This document shows positions 1 to 9,465 of a DNA stretch of 64,000 nucleotides, piece after piece; positions within the stretch are counted from its first letter, which is position 1; each line of letters opens with the position of its first letter. The translations under genes and the position numbers were made by a program. A model generated the notes under the pieces. The model was given only the letters and a program-made list of their open reading frames with translations. It was not told the DNA's origin and ran no database searches. The DNA is from Nitrospirota bacterium (GTDB lineage: Bacteria; Nitrospirota; UBA9217): contig DASPSR010000049.1 of assembly GCA_035623825.1 (NCBI GenBank), positions 29,048-93,047 on the forward strand, written 5' to 3'.

Positions 1-102
1 GGCGGGAGGCATCGTTCGGTCGTGCTGTCTCTCATAATAGCGGAACGGCTGAGAAAGATTGGCTACGAGGTTAACGTCAAGCATCGGGATATAGGTGTCT
101 GA
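1..102 (+). CDS. rapZ: RNase adapter RapZ, C-terminal fragment (5' truncated)
   Basis: Frame 1 reads GGRHRSVVLSLIIAERLRKIGYEVNVKHRDIGV*. GGRHRSV...HRD is the RapZ C-terminal signature, and the gene precedes PTS genes. Confidence 0.9.
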   Translation, partial: GGRHRSVVLSLIIAERLRKIGYEVNVKHRDIGV

Positions 103-184
103 AGAGGGCTCTTGAGTTCACAGCATCTCAAGCGGGGAGAGAGGGGCAAGAGCCCCGCAAGTCTTCCTAACAAGGAGAAGGGGA

Positions 185-586
185 ATGATCGGACTGGTAG
201 TGGTATGTCATGAAGATATGGGCTCTGAACTGGTGAAGGCCGCCGAGATGATCGTGGGAAAGATCGACGCAGTGGCAGCGGTCAGCGTGAAGCAGGAGAG
301 CGCTCCGGATGTGCTCCGGGACGAGATCCAGGCTGCCATAAAGAAAGTCGACCAGAAGAAAGGCGTCATGCTGTTTACCGATATGTTCGGCGGGACCCCC
401 TCGAATATCGCCCTTGCGTTCCTCGGAGAGAACGTCGAAGTTGTAACAGGCGTCAACCTCTCGATGCTAATAAAGTTTGCCAATCACCGGGATGAAAAAA
501 CCCTGCCCGAGCTGGCAAAGCTCGTGCAGGTGGCTGCACAGAAGAGCATCGTGATCGCCAGCCAGATGCTGAAGGGGAAGAAGTAA
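185..586 (+). CDS. PTS mannose/fructose-family EIIA
   Basis: VVVCH phospho-His, TDMFGGTPSN and GVNL motifs. Confidence 0.93.
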   Translation: MIGLVVVCHEDMGSELVKAAEMIVGKIDAVAAVSVKQESAPDVLRDEIQAAIKKVDQKKGVMLFTDMFGGTPSNIALAFLGENVEVVTGVNLSMLIKFANHRDEKTLPELAKLVQVAAQKSIVIASQMLKGKK

Positions 587-593
587 ATTCTCA

Positions 594-1091
594 ATGGTTG
601 TCTTCATCCGCATAGATGACCGCCTTATCCACGGACAGGTCGTGGAAGGATGGGTGAATTTTCTGAAAGCGACCTGTATCATGGTCGCTGATGACCACGT
701 TGCGGCGAGCGCGCTCCAGAAGTCCATCATGGAGATCTCCGTGCCGCAAGGACTGAAGGTCGCTATCGGCAATGTGGAAGAAATTTGCGCTCAGCTACGC
801 ACGGCGGCGTTCGATACCGAGCGGGTCATCCTGCTCTTCTCGAACCCTGCTGACGTCCTAAGAGCGCTGAAGTCAGGTCTTGATTGCCAGGTGCTGAACA
901 TCGGCGGGATGCATTATGTCCAGGGGAAGCGCAAGCTCATGGATGTGCTTGCGGTCGATGACGCAGACCTTGACGCGCTCAGGGAGATTTCCGCCAGAGG
1001 CGTAAAAGTCGATATCCAGACGGTTCCAACGCAGCGGCCGATGTCGCTTGACAAGGTATTCAAGGCCTGCCATCTTGCGGAAAAGCCGTAG
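594..1091 (+). CDS. PTS mannose/sorbose-family EIIB
   Basis: RIDDRLIHGQV signature; LNIGGM. Confidence 0.95.
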   Translation: MVVFIRIDDRLIHGQVVEGWVNFLKATCIMVADDHVAASALQKSIMEISVPQGLKVAIGNVEEICAQLRTAAFDTERVILLFSNPADVLRALKSGLDCQVLNIGGMHYVQGKRKLMDVLAVDDADLDALREISARGVKVDIQTVPTQRPMSLDKVFKACHLAEKP

Positions 1092-1154
1092 TTTCCGGCT
1101 CGAGGAATATGAACGGCGGACGGCGGGTTTTTTTTGAGGCGTGAATTCACGTTC

Positions 1155-1934
1155 ATGGACATGATGACCTTCGATCTGCATATTTTGCTTTCTATTGTTG
1201 GCGTGGCCTTTGTTGGAGGGGTCATTGGACTCGATAGGACCGCCGTAGGGCAGATCATGGTCTCTCAGCCCATTGTCGCTTCACCGATTACGGGATGGAT
1301 GCTTGGCGATGTTACGACTGGGCTTGTTATCGGAGCGGTGCTCGAACTCATTTGGGTACTCGACATTCCGGTAGGCACATTTGTCCCGGCGAATTCTACC
1401 ATCGGAGCGGTGTCGGCTACAGCCATCGCCGTCCTTGGAAGCAGGGGCAGTGCCCCGCTGGACAGGATCGGATTCAGCATCCTCCTGACCACTGGCATGG
1501 TCCCGGTAACAATGATGGTTGACACTCTGGTGAGGAAGTGGAACTCACGGCTTGCGGAGACGGCCGTCGCCGCGTCGGGCGAAGATGCCGAACGCAAGCT
1601 GGCTCAAGCCCACCTCTCCGGGCTTCTGATTTTTTTTCTAAAGTCCTTCGTTCTCTATTTAGTGTTCCTTCCCGTGGGTCTCGGTGCCGTGTTCCTGTTC
1701 GGTCGCCTGCCGGAGAAGTTCCACAGTGCCATGACGCTGTTCGTGAAACTTCTCCCCTTGCTCGGTGCCGCCATCGTGGCACGCAAACTATCGGTGAGGA
1801 CACTTGACCGGTTTCTGCTGGCCGGGTTTTTGACGGCGGCGGTATTCACCTTGTTGTTTCATGTCCCTGCGCTCGTGGTGGCCGCGATGGTCATCAGTGC
1901 AGGCTTTCTGGGGGCTCGATTCAGTGAACGGTGA
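1155..1934 (+). CDS. PTS mannose-family EIIC (start uncertain, 1134-1164)
   Basis: Hydrophobic; LD...GQIMVSQPIV, GAVLELIW...PVG motifs; operon context. Confidence 0.85.
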   Translation: MDMMTFDLHILLSIVGVAFVGGVIGLDRTAVGQIMVSQPIVASPITGWMLGDVTTGLVIGAVLELIWVLDIPVGTFVPANSTIGAVSATAIAVLGSRGSAPLDRIGFSILLTTGMVPVTMMVDTLVRKWNSRLAETAVAASGEDAERKLAQAHLSGLLIFFLKSFVLYLVFLPVGLGAVFLFGRLPEKFHSAMTLFVKLLPLLGAAIVARKLSVRTLDRFLLAGFLTAAVFTLLFHVPALVVAAMVISAGFLGARFSER

Positions 1935-2706
1935 GGACAGAGAGATCGGCGTCTCGGACCTGAGAAGGGTTTTCTGGAGGTCATTCCTGATCCAGACATC
2001 GTGGAGCTTCGACCGCATGCAGTCTCTGGGCTTTGCATACGCTATTCAGCCCGTTCTGAAGAAGCTATACCCGAACCTGTCCGAATATGAGTCCCGGCTG
2101 AAGTTCCATATGGAGTATTTCAATACCCAGCCGTACCTTGCCACATTCATTCTTGGTGCGGTAGCACGGCTGGAACAGGAAAGAGCTTCGAGTAACGACA
2201 GATCCCCTGACGTGTCGGGGATAAAGACCGCCCTCATGGCCCCGCTCGGCGCACTTGGTGACAGTTTCTTCTGGGGTTCGCTCAAACCGCTTTCGGCTGT
2301 CGTTGCCACCGCGCTCCTCCTCGCCGGTGCATGGTGGGCCCCTATTGTATTCTTGGTTGTTTACAATATCGTGCATATAGGGCTCAGGGCTGCGGCCCTG
2401 GTAAATGGCTATAAGAGTGCCGGCGACGCCGTGGCGTTTAATGCCCGTTACAACTTCACGAGGATTGCAAAGCAGTTTAAAGCAATATCGCTCTTTGTTG
2501 TGGGCGGGATTCTTGGATCGCTTCCAGCCTGGCGTCCGGAATTCAGGCTTGCCGTTCCTTATCCCGGTATTGTCACCGCGGGAATGGGCTTTTCCCTGAC
2601 ACTCGTACTGGTTGCGGTTCTGAGGAGAGCGGGGTCCCCAGTAAAACTTATGCTCGGGCTTGCCGCTCTTTGCCTTGCTCTGGCTTACGGAGGGGTCATT
2701 GAATGA
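1924..2706 (+). CDS. PTS mannose-family EIID (GTG start inferred)
   Basis: QTSWSFDRMQSLG, YFNTQPY, ALMAPLGALGDSFFWG motifs. Confidence 0.92.
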   Translation: MNGEDREIGVSDLRRVFWRSFLIQTSWSFDRMQSLGFAYAIQPVLKKLYPNLSEYESRLKFHMEYFNTQPYLATFILGAVARLEQERASSNDRSPDVSGIKTALMAPLGALGDSFFWGSLKPLSAVVATALLLAGAWWAPIVFLVVYNIVHIGLRAAALVNGYKSAGDAVAFNARYNFTRIAKQFKAISLFVVGGILGSLPAWRPEFRLAVPYPGIVTAGMGFSLTLVLVAVLRRAGSPVKLMLGLAALCLALAYGGVIE

Positions 2707-2972
2707 AACAAAAAGAACTGTTGATCGAGAACAAGCTTGGCCTCCACGCAAGGGCCGCAGCGCAGATCGTGAGATCCGCGAGCGCATTCTCGTCCAAGAT
2801 AACGCTGGTCAAGGATGGTCTCGAGGTGGACGGAAAGAGCATCATGGGGATCATGATGCTTGCTGCCGCCAAAGGGAGCAATATCATGCTTCAGGTGGAT
2901 GGCGCTGATGAGGAGCAGGCGGTTGCAGGGCTCGAGAAGCTTTTCAGAGATAAATTCGGAGAGAAGGAATAG
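2703..2972 (+). CDS. ptsH: Phosphocarrier protein HPr
   Basis: GLHARAA (His15) and KSIMGIM (Ser46). Confidence 0.96.
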   Translation: MKQKELLIENKLGLHARAAAQIVRSASAFSSKITLVKDGLEVDGKSIMGIMMLAAAKGSNIMLQVDGADEEQAVAGLEKLFRDKFGEKE

Positions 2973-3014
2973 AAAAAAGCCACTTGGCAGTGAACAGGGA
3001 ATAGGGCGGAGATA

Positions 3015-4769
3015 ATGCACGAAATAGTGTACAGAGGAATTGTGGCATCACCGGGCATCGTGATCGGCAGAGCGTATCTACTCGATCGTCGCAAAGTCGT
3101 GGTAGCAGGCCGAAGGATCGATGATATCAATGTAAAGGACGAAGTGGCTCGCTACAAGCAGGCGGTCGATCGCTCGAAGAGCCAGTTGGAAGAGCTCAAG
3201 AAGCGCTTCAGTAAAGGTCTCGGCAAATCACACCTCTACATTCTAGATACACACATTATGCTGCTCGAGGACAAGATGCTCATTGACGGGACGGTCAAGC
3301 GTATCAGGGAGTCGCAGCTGAACGCCGAGGGCGCGCTCACGGAGACCATCGCCGCGATCGGGCTCAAGTTCGACACAATCGAGGATGAGTATCTCCGCGA
3401 GCGCAAGCACGACGTGGAGCAGGTGGGTGAACGAATTTTAAGAAACCTTGTGGGGCATAAGCAGGAGAGCCTTGCCGACATCAAGGACGAGGCCGTGATA
3501 ATCGCTCACGATCTTGCGCCCTCCGACACCCTCATGATGCGGAAGGACAAGATACTCGGCTTTGCCACGGATGCGGGGAGCCGGACATCCCATACCGCCA
3601 TCCTTGCACGCTCACTCGGAATTCCTGCCGCAGTCGGCCTCGAGAATATCACTGCCGCGGTCAAAACCGGAGATGTGGTCATCCTTGACGGCATTCACGG
3701 TGTGGTGATCGTCGATCCCGATGAGGAGACGTTCCTTGACTATCTTAAGAAACAGCGCAGATATAAATACTTCGAACAGGAACTCGAGAAGCTAAGGACG
3801 CTTCCCGCTGTAACCCTCGACGGTCACATGGTACAGCTTCAGGGCAACATCGAGCTGCCTGAAGAGGTCGCATCCGCGGCGGAACATGGGGGTGCGGGCA
3901 TCGGCCTCTATCGTACGGAATTTCTCTTTCTGAACAGGCAGACCCTGCCGACGGAAGAAGAGCACTACAATGCCTATCGCCATGTCGCTGAGAAGGCCGG
4001 TCCTCACGAAGTAGTGATTCGGACGCTCGACGTGGGCGGGGACAAGGTTGGCCTGCCCGGTGGTTTCGAAAAAGAAGCGAATCCCGCGCTGGGGTTGCGG
4101 GCAATCCGTTTCTGCCTCCAGAAACAAGACATCTTCAGGACCCAGCTCCGCGGCATACTTAGAGCAAGCGCCCATGGGAATATTAAGATCCTTGTCCCCA
4201 TGATCTCAGGACTCTCAGAACTTTACGAAACAAAGAAAATCCTTGAAGAAGTAAAGTCGGAACTCAGGTCCGAAGGCAGGGATTTCAATGAACATGTGGC
4301 GGTCGGAGTGATGATCGAGATCCCGTCTGCCGCTATGATAGCTGACCTCCTTGCCGCTGAGGTCGATTTTTTCAGCGTGGGCACGAACGACCTGATCCAG
4401 TATACGCTCGCGATCGACCGCCAGAACGAACATGTTGCGTACATGTACGAGCCGCTCGACCCCGCTGTGCTGCGTCTGCTCCACCGAGTTTCGGACGCAG
4501 CGCTCCGGGCGAAGGTAACACTCGCGATGTGCGGCGAAATGGCTGGAGACCCGCTCTATGCGGCAATCCTTCTCGGAATGGGGTTCCAAAGCCTCAGCAT
4601 GAACGTTGCCTCTATTCCATGGGTGAAAAAGGTTGTCAGGTCGGTACGTATGCAGGACGCGGTAGAGCTTGCTGAACTTGTGATGCGGCAGCCGACAGCC
4701 GCCCTGGCAAGGAAAACCGCAGAGAACTTTATGGAAGAAAGATTCCCGGACCTGGTGGCGGAACTGTGA
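3015..4769 (+). CDS. ptsI: PEP-protein phosphotransferase, enzyme I
   Basis: TSHTAILAR, GLYRTEF, RTLDVGGDK, GTNDLIQY, CGEMAGD. Confidence 0.97.
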   Translation: MHEIVYRGIVASPGIVIGRAYLLDRRKVVVAGRRIDDINVKDEVARYKQAVDRSKSQLEELKKRFSKGLGKSHLYILDTHIMLLEDKMLIDGTVKRIRESQLNAEGALTETIAAIGLKFDTIEDEYLRERKHDVEQVGERILRNLVGHKQESLADIKDEAVIIAHDLAPSDTLMMRKDKILGFATDAGSRTSHTAILARSLGIPAAVGLENITAAVKTGDVVILDGIHGVVIVDPDEETFLDYLKKQRRYKYFEQELEKLRTLPAVTLDGHMVQLQGNIELPEEVASAAEHGGAGIGLYRTEFLFLNRQTLPTEEEHYNAYRHVAEKAGPHEVVIRTLDVGGDKVGLPGGFEKEANPALGLRAIRFCLQKQDIFRTQLRGILRASAHGNIKILVPMISGLSELYETKKILEEVKSELRSEGRDFNEHVAVGVMIEIPSAAMIADLLAAEVDFFSVGTNDLIQYTLAIDRQNEHVAYMYEPLDPAVLRLLHRVSDAALRAKVTLAMCGEMAGDPLYAAILLGMGFQSLSMNVASIPWVKKVVRSVRMQDAVELAELVMRQPTAALARKTAENFMEERFPDLVAEL

Positions 4770-4973
4770 CTGGGACAGAACACGAGGCGTGCAGTCCTCT
4801 TACCTGCAGCCGTGCGCGAATGAAGAGCGCATGAATTGTTGTTAAACCGGTATCGAATTCGGGCTTAAATCAGTTTTTCTATCCTTTTTATATCTTTGTG
4901 CATAATATATTTTCTGCCGGCTCTGTATCTTCGTACTGCATTACGGCGGTGAATAGGCAGGACAAGGTAATAA

Positions 4974-6101
4974 ATGCAGATCCCGGACCGAGAAATCGAT
5001 AATACCGCGAGCGTCGGTGAGAACACGCAAAGTACAGCCAGGATCCATGATGGGAATATCTATGAGGCTGCAAAACGTTTTGACATCGACAAGGAAGATA
5101 TCATCGACTTCAGCTCGAACGTAAATCCGCTCGGCCCGTCTTCTGCGGCGAAGCGGGCGACCAAGAGATCTCTCGCGTTCATTGACCGTTACCCTGATCC
5201 CGAAATGAACGGTCTTCGGAAAGCGATCGCCCGCTATTACGGGGTCAAACCCTCGCACATTGTCTGTGGCAACGGATCAAGCGGGCTAATTCACCTGATC
5301 CCTAAGGTATTCAGGCCGAGAAAGACCCTCATCCCTATACCGACCTTTCCTGAATATGCAGCCGCCGTGGAAAACGCAGGCGGTCAGGTTGTCACGTTCC
5401 CTCTCAAGGAGCGCGAAGGATTTCGTGTGGACCCTCTCGAGATGGCCTTTGCGCTCAAAGGCATGGACATGGCGTTCTTCTGCAATCCCAACAACCCTAC
5501 GGGTTTCCTCATCGAGAAGGCGGAAATGCTCGAAATCCTTCAGCACGCGCTCCAGCAGGGAGTCCGACTGGTGGTTGACGAGGCATTTATGGACTTTAGC
5601 AATTCCGATTCGGTCGTCAAGGATGCCGTACAATCCTCTCACATCATCTGCCTCAGGTCTTTTACGGAGTTCTTCGGTCTGCCGGGGCTCCGGATCGGAT
5701 ATGCCGTGACCGACGATACAACTGCTACTTGCCTCAGGGACGGCCAGGAGCCCTGGGCAGTGAGTATCCCGGCGGAGCAAGCCGCGATTGCCGCACTGAA
5801 CGACTGGGGTTATATCAAAAAGACCCGTAGGCTGATCGAGAAAGAGCGCCGTCACCTGCTCTCAGCCCTGCGGATCCTGCCCGGCGTGGAGCCGTTCCCT
5901 TGTCCGGCAAATTTTATCTTGATCAAACTCACCTCGATTGATTCATGGGAACTGGCGGAGAAGCTCGGTCAACGCGGTCTCCTTGTGCGCGATTGCTCTA
6001 CGTTTCCAGGCCTTGGCAATGGCTACGTGAGGATTGCCGTGCGCACGCGCAGTGAGAACAAGCGCCTTGTGCGGGCGATCAGGGAACTCCTCATTGCGTG
6101 A
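4974..6101 (+). CDS. CobD/HisC-like PLP-fold enzyme (threonine-phosphate decarboxylase family); catalytic Lys replaced by Glu
   Basis: DFSSNVNPLG, YPDP, GNGS, CNPNNPTG, DEAF motifs. SFTEFFGLPGLRIGY where SxTK is expected. Confidence 0.85.
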   Translation: MQIPDREIDNTASVGENTQSTARIHDGNIYEAAKRFDIDKEDIIDFSSNVNPLGPSSAAKRATKRSLAFIDRYPDPEMNGLRKAIARYYGVKPSHIVCGNGSSGLIHLIPKVFRPRKTLIPIPTFPEYAAAVENAGGQVVTFPLKEREGFRVDPLEMAFALKGMDMAFFCNPNNPTGFLIEKAEMLEILQHALQQGVRLVVDEAFMDFSNSDSVVKDAVQSSHIICLRSFTEFFGLPGLRIGYAVTDDTTATCLRDGQEPWAVSIPAEQAAIAALNDWGYIKKTRRLIEKERRHLLSALRILPGVEPFPCPANFILIKLTSIDSWELAEKLGQRGLLVRDCSTFPGLGNGYVRIAVRTRSENKRLVRAIRELLIA

Positions 6102-6121
6102 AACTCCTTCCGAAAAATATT

Positions 6122-6150
6122 TTGCAAAAATGTACTCTCTGTGATAGAGT
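6122..6150 (+). promoter_or_regulatory. sigma70-like promoter
   Basis: TTGCAA-17 nt-TAGAGT with TGn extension. Confidence 0.5.
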
Positions 6151-6335
6151 AAAACTGAACTTTATGAAAATATGGCGGATTTTGTGCGCCGCCTGCGAGA
6201 AGGAGCTCATTTGCCGCTCGAGAACGCGCTTACGCGTCAGCGTTTATCAATTACACATACGAATGTGCAAGGCTGGGCTTTTCAATCCCGTAATGCCCGT
6301 TCACTCTTTGCGGAATGGAAATCGGAGGGTCGACC

Positions 6336-6530
6336 ATGGAACCCATCATGTGCCCCTTTTGTGGCGGAACGAATCTTTTTCAAGAAGATGATTACAGCCT
6401 CGAAATGGATTTCGAATATTGGACTATTCATCATTGGGAGTGTCTGGACTGCGCACAATCATTCGACAAGATAGAAATACTACCCGCATCGAACACCTTT
6501 GAGGAGATCAATGAGAGCACCATACACTGA
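6336..6530 (+). CDS. Small acidic zinc-ribbon protein (64 aa)
   Basis: GGAGGG RBS; CPFC...CLDC pairs; overlaps the alr start. Confidence 0.7.
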   Translation: MEPIMCPFCGGTNLFQEDDYSLEMDFEYWTIHHWECLDCAQSFDKIEILPASNTFEEINESTIH

Positions 6531-7677
6531 AGCGGCTCCTGATTGTACGGCGTCTTCTCATTCCGATTCTTGCAGGCCGACCGTTGCAAAGATCGACCTG
6601 CAATCGCTCTCTCACAATTACAACGAGGTGCTGAAACGTGCAGGAGGACGAAAAATCCTTGCCGTGGTCAAGGCGCAGGCGTACGGACACGGAGCGATCG
6701 GGGTTGCCCGGCATCTCCTAAAACTCGGCGCTGATATGTTGGGTGTCGCTCTGGTCGAGGAGGGGAGGGAGCTTCGTGCGGCCGGCATCGAGGCGCCGAT
6801 CCTAGTGATGGGCGCTGTTTTTCCGGAACAGGCAGAGGCGATAGCAGCGCTAGGCCTCACGCCGGCGGTCTACGATATTGCAGTCGCGCGTGCCGTTGCC
6901 GATGCCGCCCGGAAGCTGAAGGTTACGGTCACGGTGCACATAAAGATCGACACTGGCATGGGGAGGATAGGGGTCTCTCCTTCGTCGGCCGAAGATTTCA
7001 TAGCCGACTTGATGAGCCTTGACGGGATAACGGTGCAGGGCCTGATGACGCATTTCGCCGATGCGGACCTGCGGGATAAAAGGTTCGCCTCGGAGCAGAT
7101 GGATCGTTTTGAGTCTGTCCTGAAGAAGCTCGATTCGCGTGGTATAGCCATCCCCCTTCGTCATGCGGCCAACAGCGCCGCAGTGCTTGATTGCCAGCGG
7201 GCGCTTTTCACCATGGTCAGGCCGGGGCTGATGCTGTACGGGTATAATCCCCTTGAAGGAGAGGGCGTTGACGCTGATTTGAGGCCGGTCCTTTCCCTGG
7301 TGACCCGTATTGCATTCCTGAAGAAGGTCCCTGCGGGGGTCCCCATAAGCTACGGAAGGACATTTGTCACAAAACGGGAGAGCGTGATCGCCACGATCCC
7401 CATCGGGTATGCGGACGGCTACAGCCGCGGACTTTCGAATAGAGGAGAGGCCATTGTCCGAGGAATCAGGGTGCCGGTGGCAGGCCGAGTATGCATGGAT
7501 ATGACCATGCTTGACGTGACGGACGTTCCCGCCGTAAGCCAAGGAGATGCGGTGGTGTTGATCGGAAGCCAGGGCCGCGAGCGGATTACGGCAGTCGACA
7601 TAGCCGACCGGACGGGCACCATCCCGTACGAAGTGCTCTGCGGGATCAGCGGCCGGGTGCCGAGGCTGTATGTATGA
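6511..7677 (+). CDS. alr: Alanine racemase
   Basis: AVVKAQAYGHG (PLP Lys), HIKIDTGMGRIG, ISYG, GRVCMD; GAGGAG RBS before ATG 6511. Confidence 0.97.
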   Translation: MRAPYTEAAPDCTASSHSDSCRPTVAKIDLQSLSHNYNEVLKRAGGRKILAVVKAQAYGHGAIGVARHLLKLGADMLGVALVEEGRELRAAGIEAPILVMGAVFPEQAEAIAALGLTPAVYDIAVARAVADAARKLKVTVTVHIKIDTGMGRIGVSPSSAEDFIADLMSLDGITVQGLMTHFADADLRDKRFASEQMDRFESVLKKLDSRGIAIPLRHAANSAAVLDCQRALFTMVRPGLMLYGYNPLEGEGVDADLRPVLSLVTRIAFLKKVPAGVPISYGRTFVTKRESVIATIPIGYADGYSRGLSNRGEAIVRGIRVPVAGRVCMDMTMLDVTDVPAVSQGDAVVLIGSQGRERITAVDIADRTGTIPYEVLCGISGRVPRLYV

Positions 7678-7802
7678 AGTTTTTAGCGTGCAGATGCAGG
7701 AGCATTATAATTTGTATCTGAGACTATGAGAGCGGAGAAGAAATCACTGCTAAGTTACAAAATATCAGATCAAAGCCGTCAATTGAGTGAGCGAAGCTCC
7801 GT

Positions 7803-8573
7803 ATGAACCGCTGGCTTGAATTCCTGGGCCGTAAGACATCGCACCTCATAAGAGAGATGGGCGGCGTGTTTATATTCCTGACCCATGTTCTCCGCGGGGC
7901 TGCTAGTAGGCCGTTCTATCTGAAGAATCTCTTAAATCAGATGGAGCAGATCGGCGTGAATTCCGTCCCCGTCGTGCTTACGACGGCGATCTCGACGGGA
8001 ATGGTGCTGGCGCTCCAGAGCTATACGGGGTTCAAACGATTCGGTGCAGAGTCGCTCATCGGCGCGGTGGTTTCGCTATCCATGACGAGGGAGCTCGGCC
8101 CTGTGCTCACAGGGCTCATGGTTGCAGGCAGGGCCGGGGCCGCGATGTCTGCGGAGCTGGGGACGATGAAGGTTACCGAACAGATCGATGCGCTCTATAC
8201 CCTGGCCACTGACCCGATGAAATATCTCGTCGTTCCCCGTTTTCTTGCCAGCACGATCATGATGTTCTTTCTCACTGCGCTCGGGATGTTCATCGGGATC
8301 GTTGGAGGGTATTTTGTCGGCGTGAAGGTGCTCGGCACGAATCCCGTCACCTACATCAACCAGAGCATAGACAATACGGAAGTCTCGGATATTTGGTATG
8401 GCCTTATAAAAGCATCGGTGTTCGGGGCGGTGGTAGGACTTATCGGCTGCTATAAGGGGTTCAACACCGAGGGAGGAGCGGAGGGGGTTGGTAAGGCCAC
8501 AACCGGCGCGGTGGTGGCTGCCTGCATTCTCATAATTGTTCTTGATTACTTGCTGTCGGCGTTGCTGTGGTAA
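7803..8573 (+). CDS. mlaE: MlaE-family ABC permease
   Basis: RELGPVLTGLMVAGRAG, ELGTMKVTEQIDAL, GAEGVGKATT. Confidence 0.93.
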   Translation: MNRWLEFLGRKTSHLIREMGGVFIFLTHVLRGAASRPFYLKNLLNQMEQIGVNSVPVVLTTAISTGMVLALQSYTGFKRFGAESLIGAVVSLSMTRELGPVLTGLMVAGRAGAAMSAELGTMKVTEQIDALYTLATDPMKYLVVPRFLASTIMMFFLTALGMFIGIVGGYFVGVKVLGTNPVTYINQSIDNTEVSDIWYGLIKASVFGAVVGLIGCYKGFNTEGGAEGVGKATTGAVVAACILIIVLDYLLSALLW

Positions 8574-8675
8574 AGAGGAGTCAATGATGAAATGCAAACT
8601 TCACCCTTCAATCATGAACAGCTTTTACTATCGATGCGCCGTGCTGCAGCCTGATGTTTGCGTTTTGAAATTGTT

Positions 8676-9422
8676 ATGATAGAGATAATCAATGTGCATA
8701 AAAGCTTCGGCGATCTCCATGTGCTCCGGGGAGTGAACCTTACGGTGGAGAAGGGAGAGAGCATGACGGTTATCGGCGGCAGCGGCAGTGGCAAGAGCGT
8801 TCTCATCAAGCACATCATCGGGCTCCTCTTTCCCGACAAGGGGCGGGTGGTCGTTGACGGGCAGGTTCTGAACAATCTCGATGAGCATGGCTTGAACGAG
8901 ATTCGGAAGAAGTTCGGAATGCTGTTCCAGGGTGCGGCGCTCTTCGACTCCCTGACGGTCTGGGAGAACGTGGGATTCGCCCTGAAGCAGCACACGAGGC
9001 TGTCTGAAAGGGAGATAAGGAGTATCGCAACGGAGAAACTCGCTCATGTCGGACTGAAGGACGTAGAGGATAAGATGCCTTCTGAGCTCTCCGGCGGAAT
9101 GAAGAAGAGGGTGGGACTGGCCAGGGCGATCGCCATGGACGCGGCCATCATCCTCTATGATGAGCCAACGACAGGACTCGATCCTATTACGGCCGACGCA
9201 ATTAATGACCTGATAGTCGATCTCAGGAAGAAGCTCGGCGTAACGTCCGTAGCAATCACCCACGATATGCATAGCGCGTATAAGATCTCCGACCGGATAG
9301 CCATGCTCTATAAGGGTGAAATCCTGGAGGTCGGGACGCCCGCACAGATAAAAAATTCTCCGAGTCCCGTTGTCCAGCAATTCATAACGGGCAGCGCGGT
9401 CGGGCCCATAACCGCGGAGTGA
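8676..9422 (+). CDS. mlaF: MlaF-family ABC ATPase
   Basis: GGSGSGKS, FQGAALFDS, LSGGMKKRV, YDEPTTGLDP, THD. Confidence 0.94.
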   Translation: MIEIINVHKSFGDLHVLRGVNLTVEKGESMTVIGGSGSGKSVLIKHIIGLLFPDKGRVVVDGQVLNNLDEHGLNEIRKKFGMLFQGAALFDSLTVWENVGFALKQHTRLSEREIRSIATEKLAHVGLKDVEDKMPSELSGGMKKRVGLARAIAMDAAIILYDEPTTGLDPITADAINDLIVDLRKKLGVTSVAITHDMHSAYKISDRIAMLYKGEILEVGTPAQIKNSPSPVVQQFITGSAVGPITAE

Positions 9423-9465
9423 TGGGGAAGCGGATATCTAATTTCAGGAAGACTGAGGTGCCTGC

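Noticed and set aside
6098-6474. ORFs 6098-6391 and 6172-6474
   Set aside because: They have no motifs or clear RBS and overlap the promoter/leader and the better-supported zinc-ribbon ORF.
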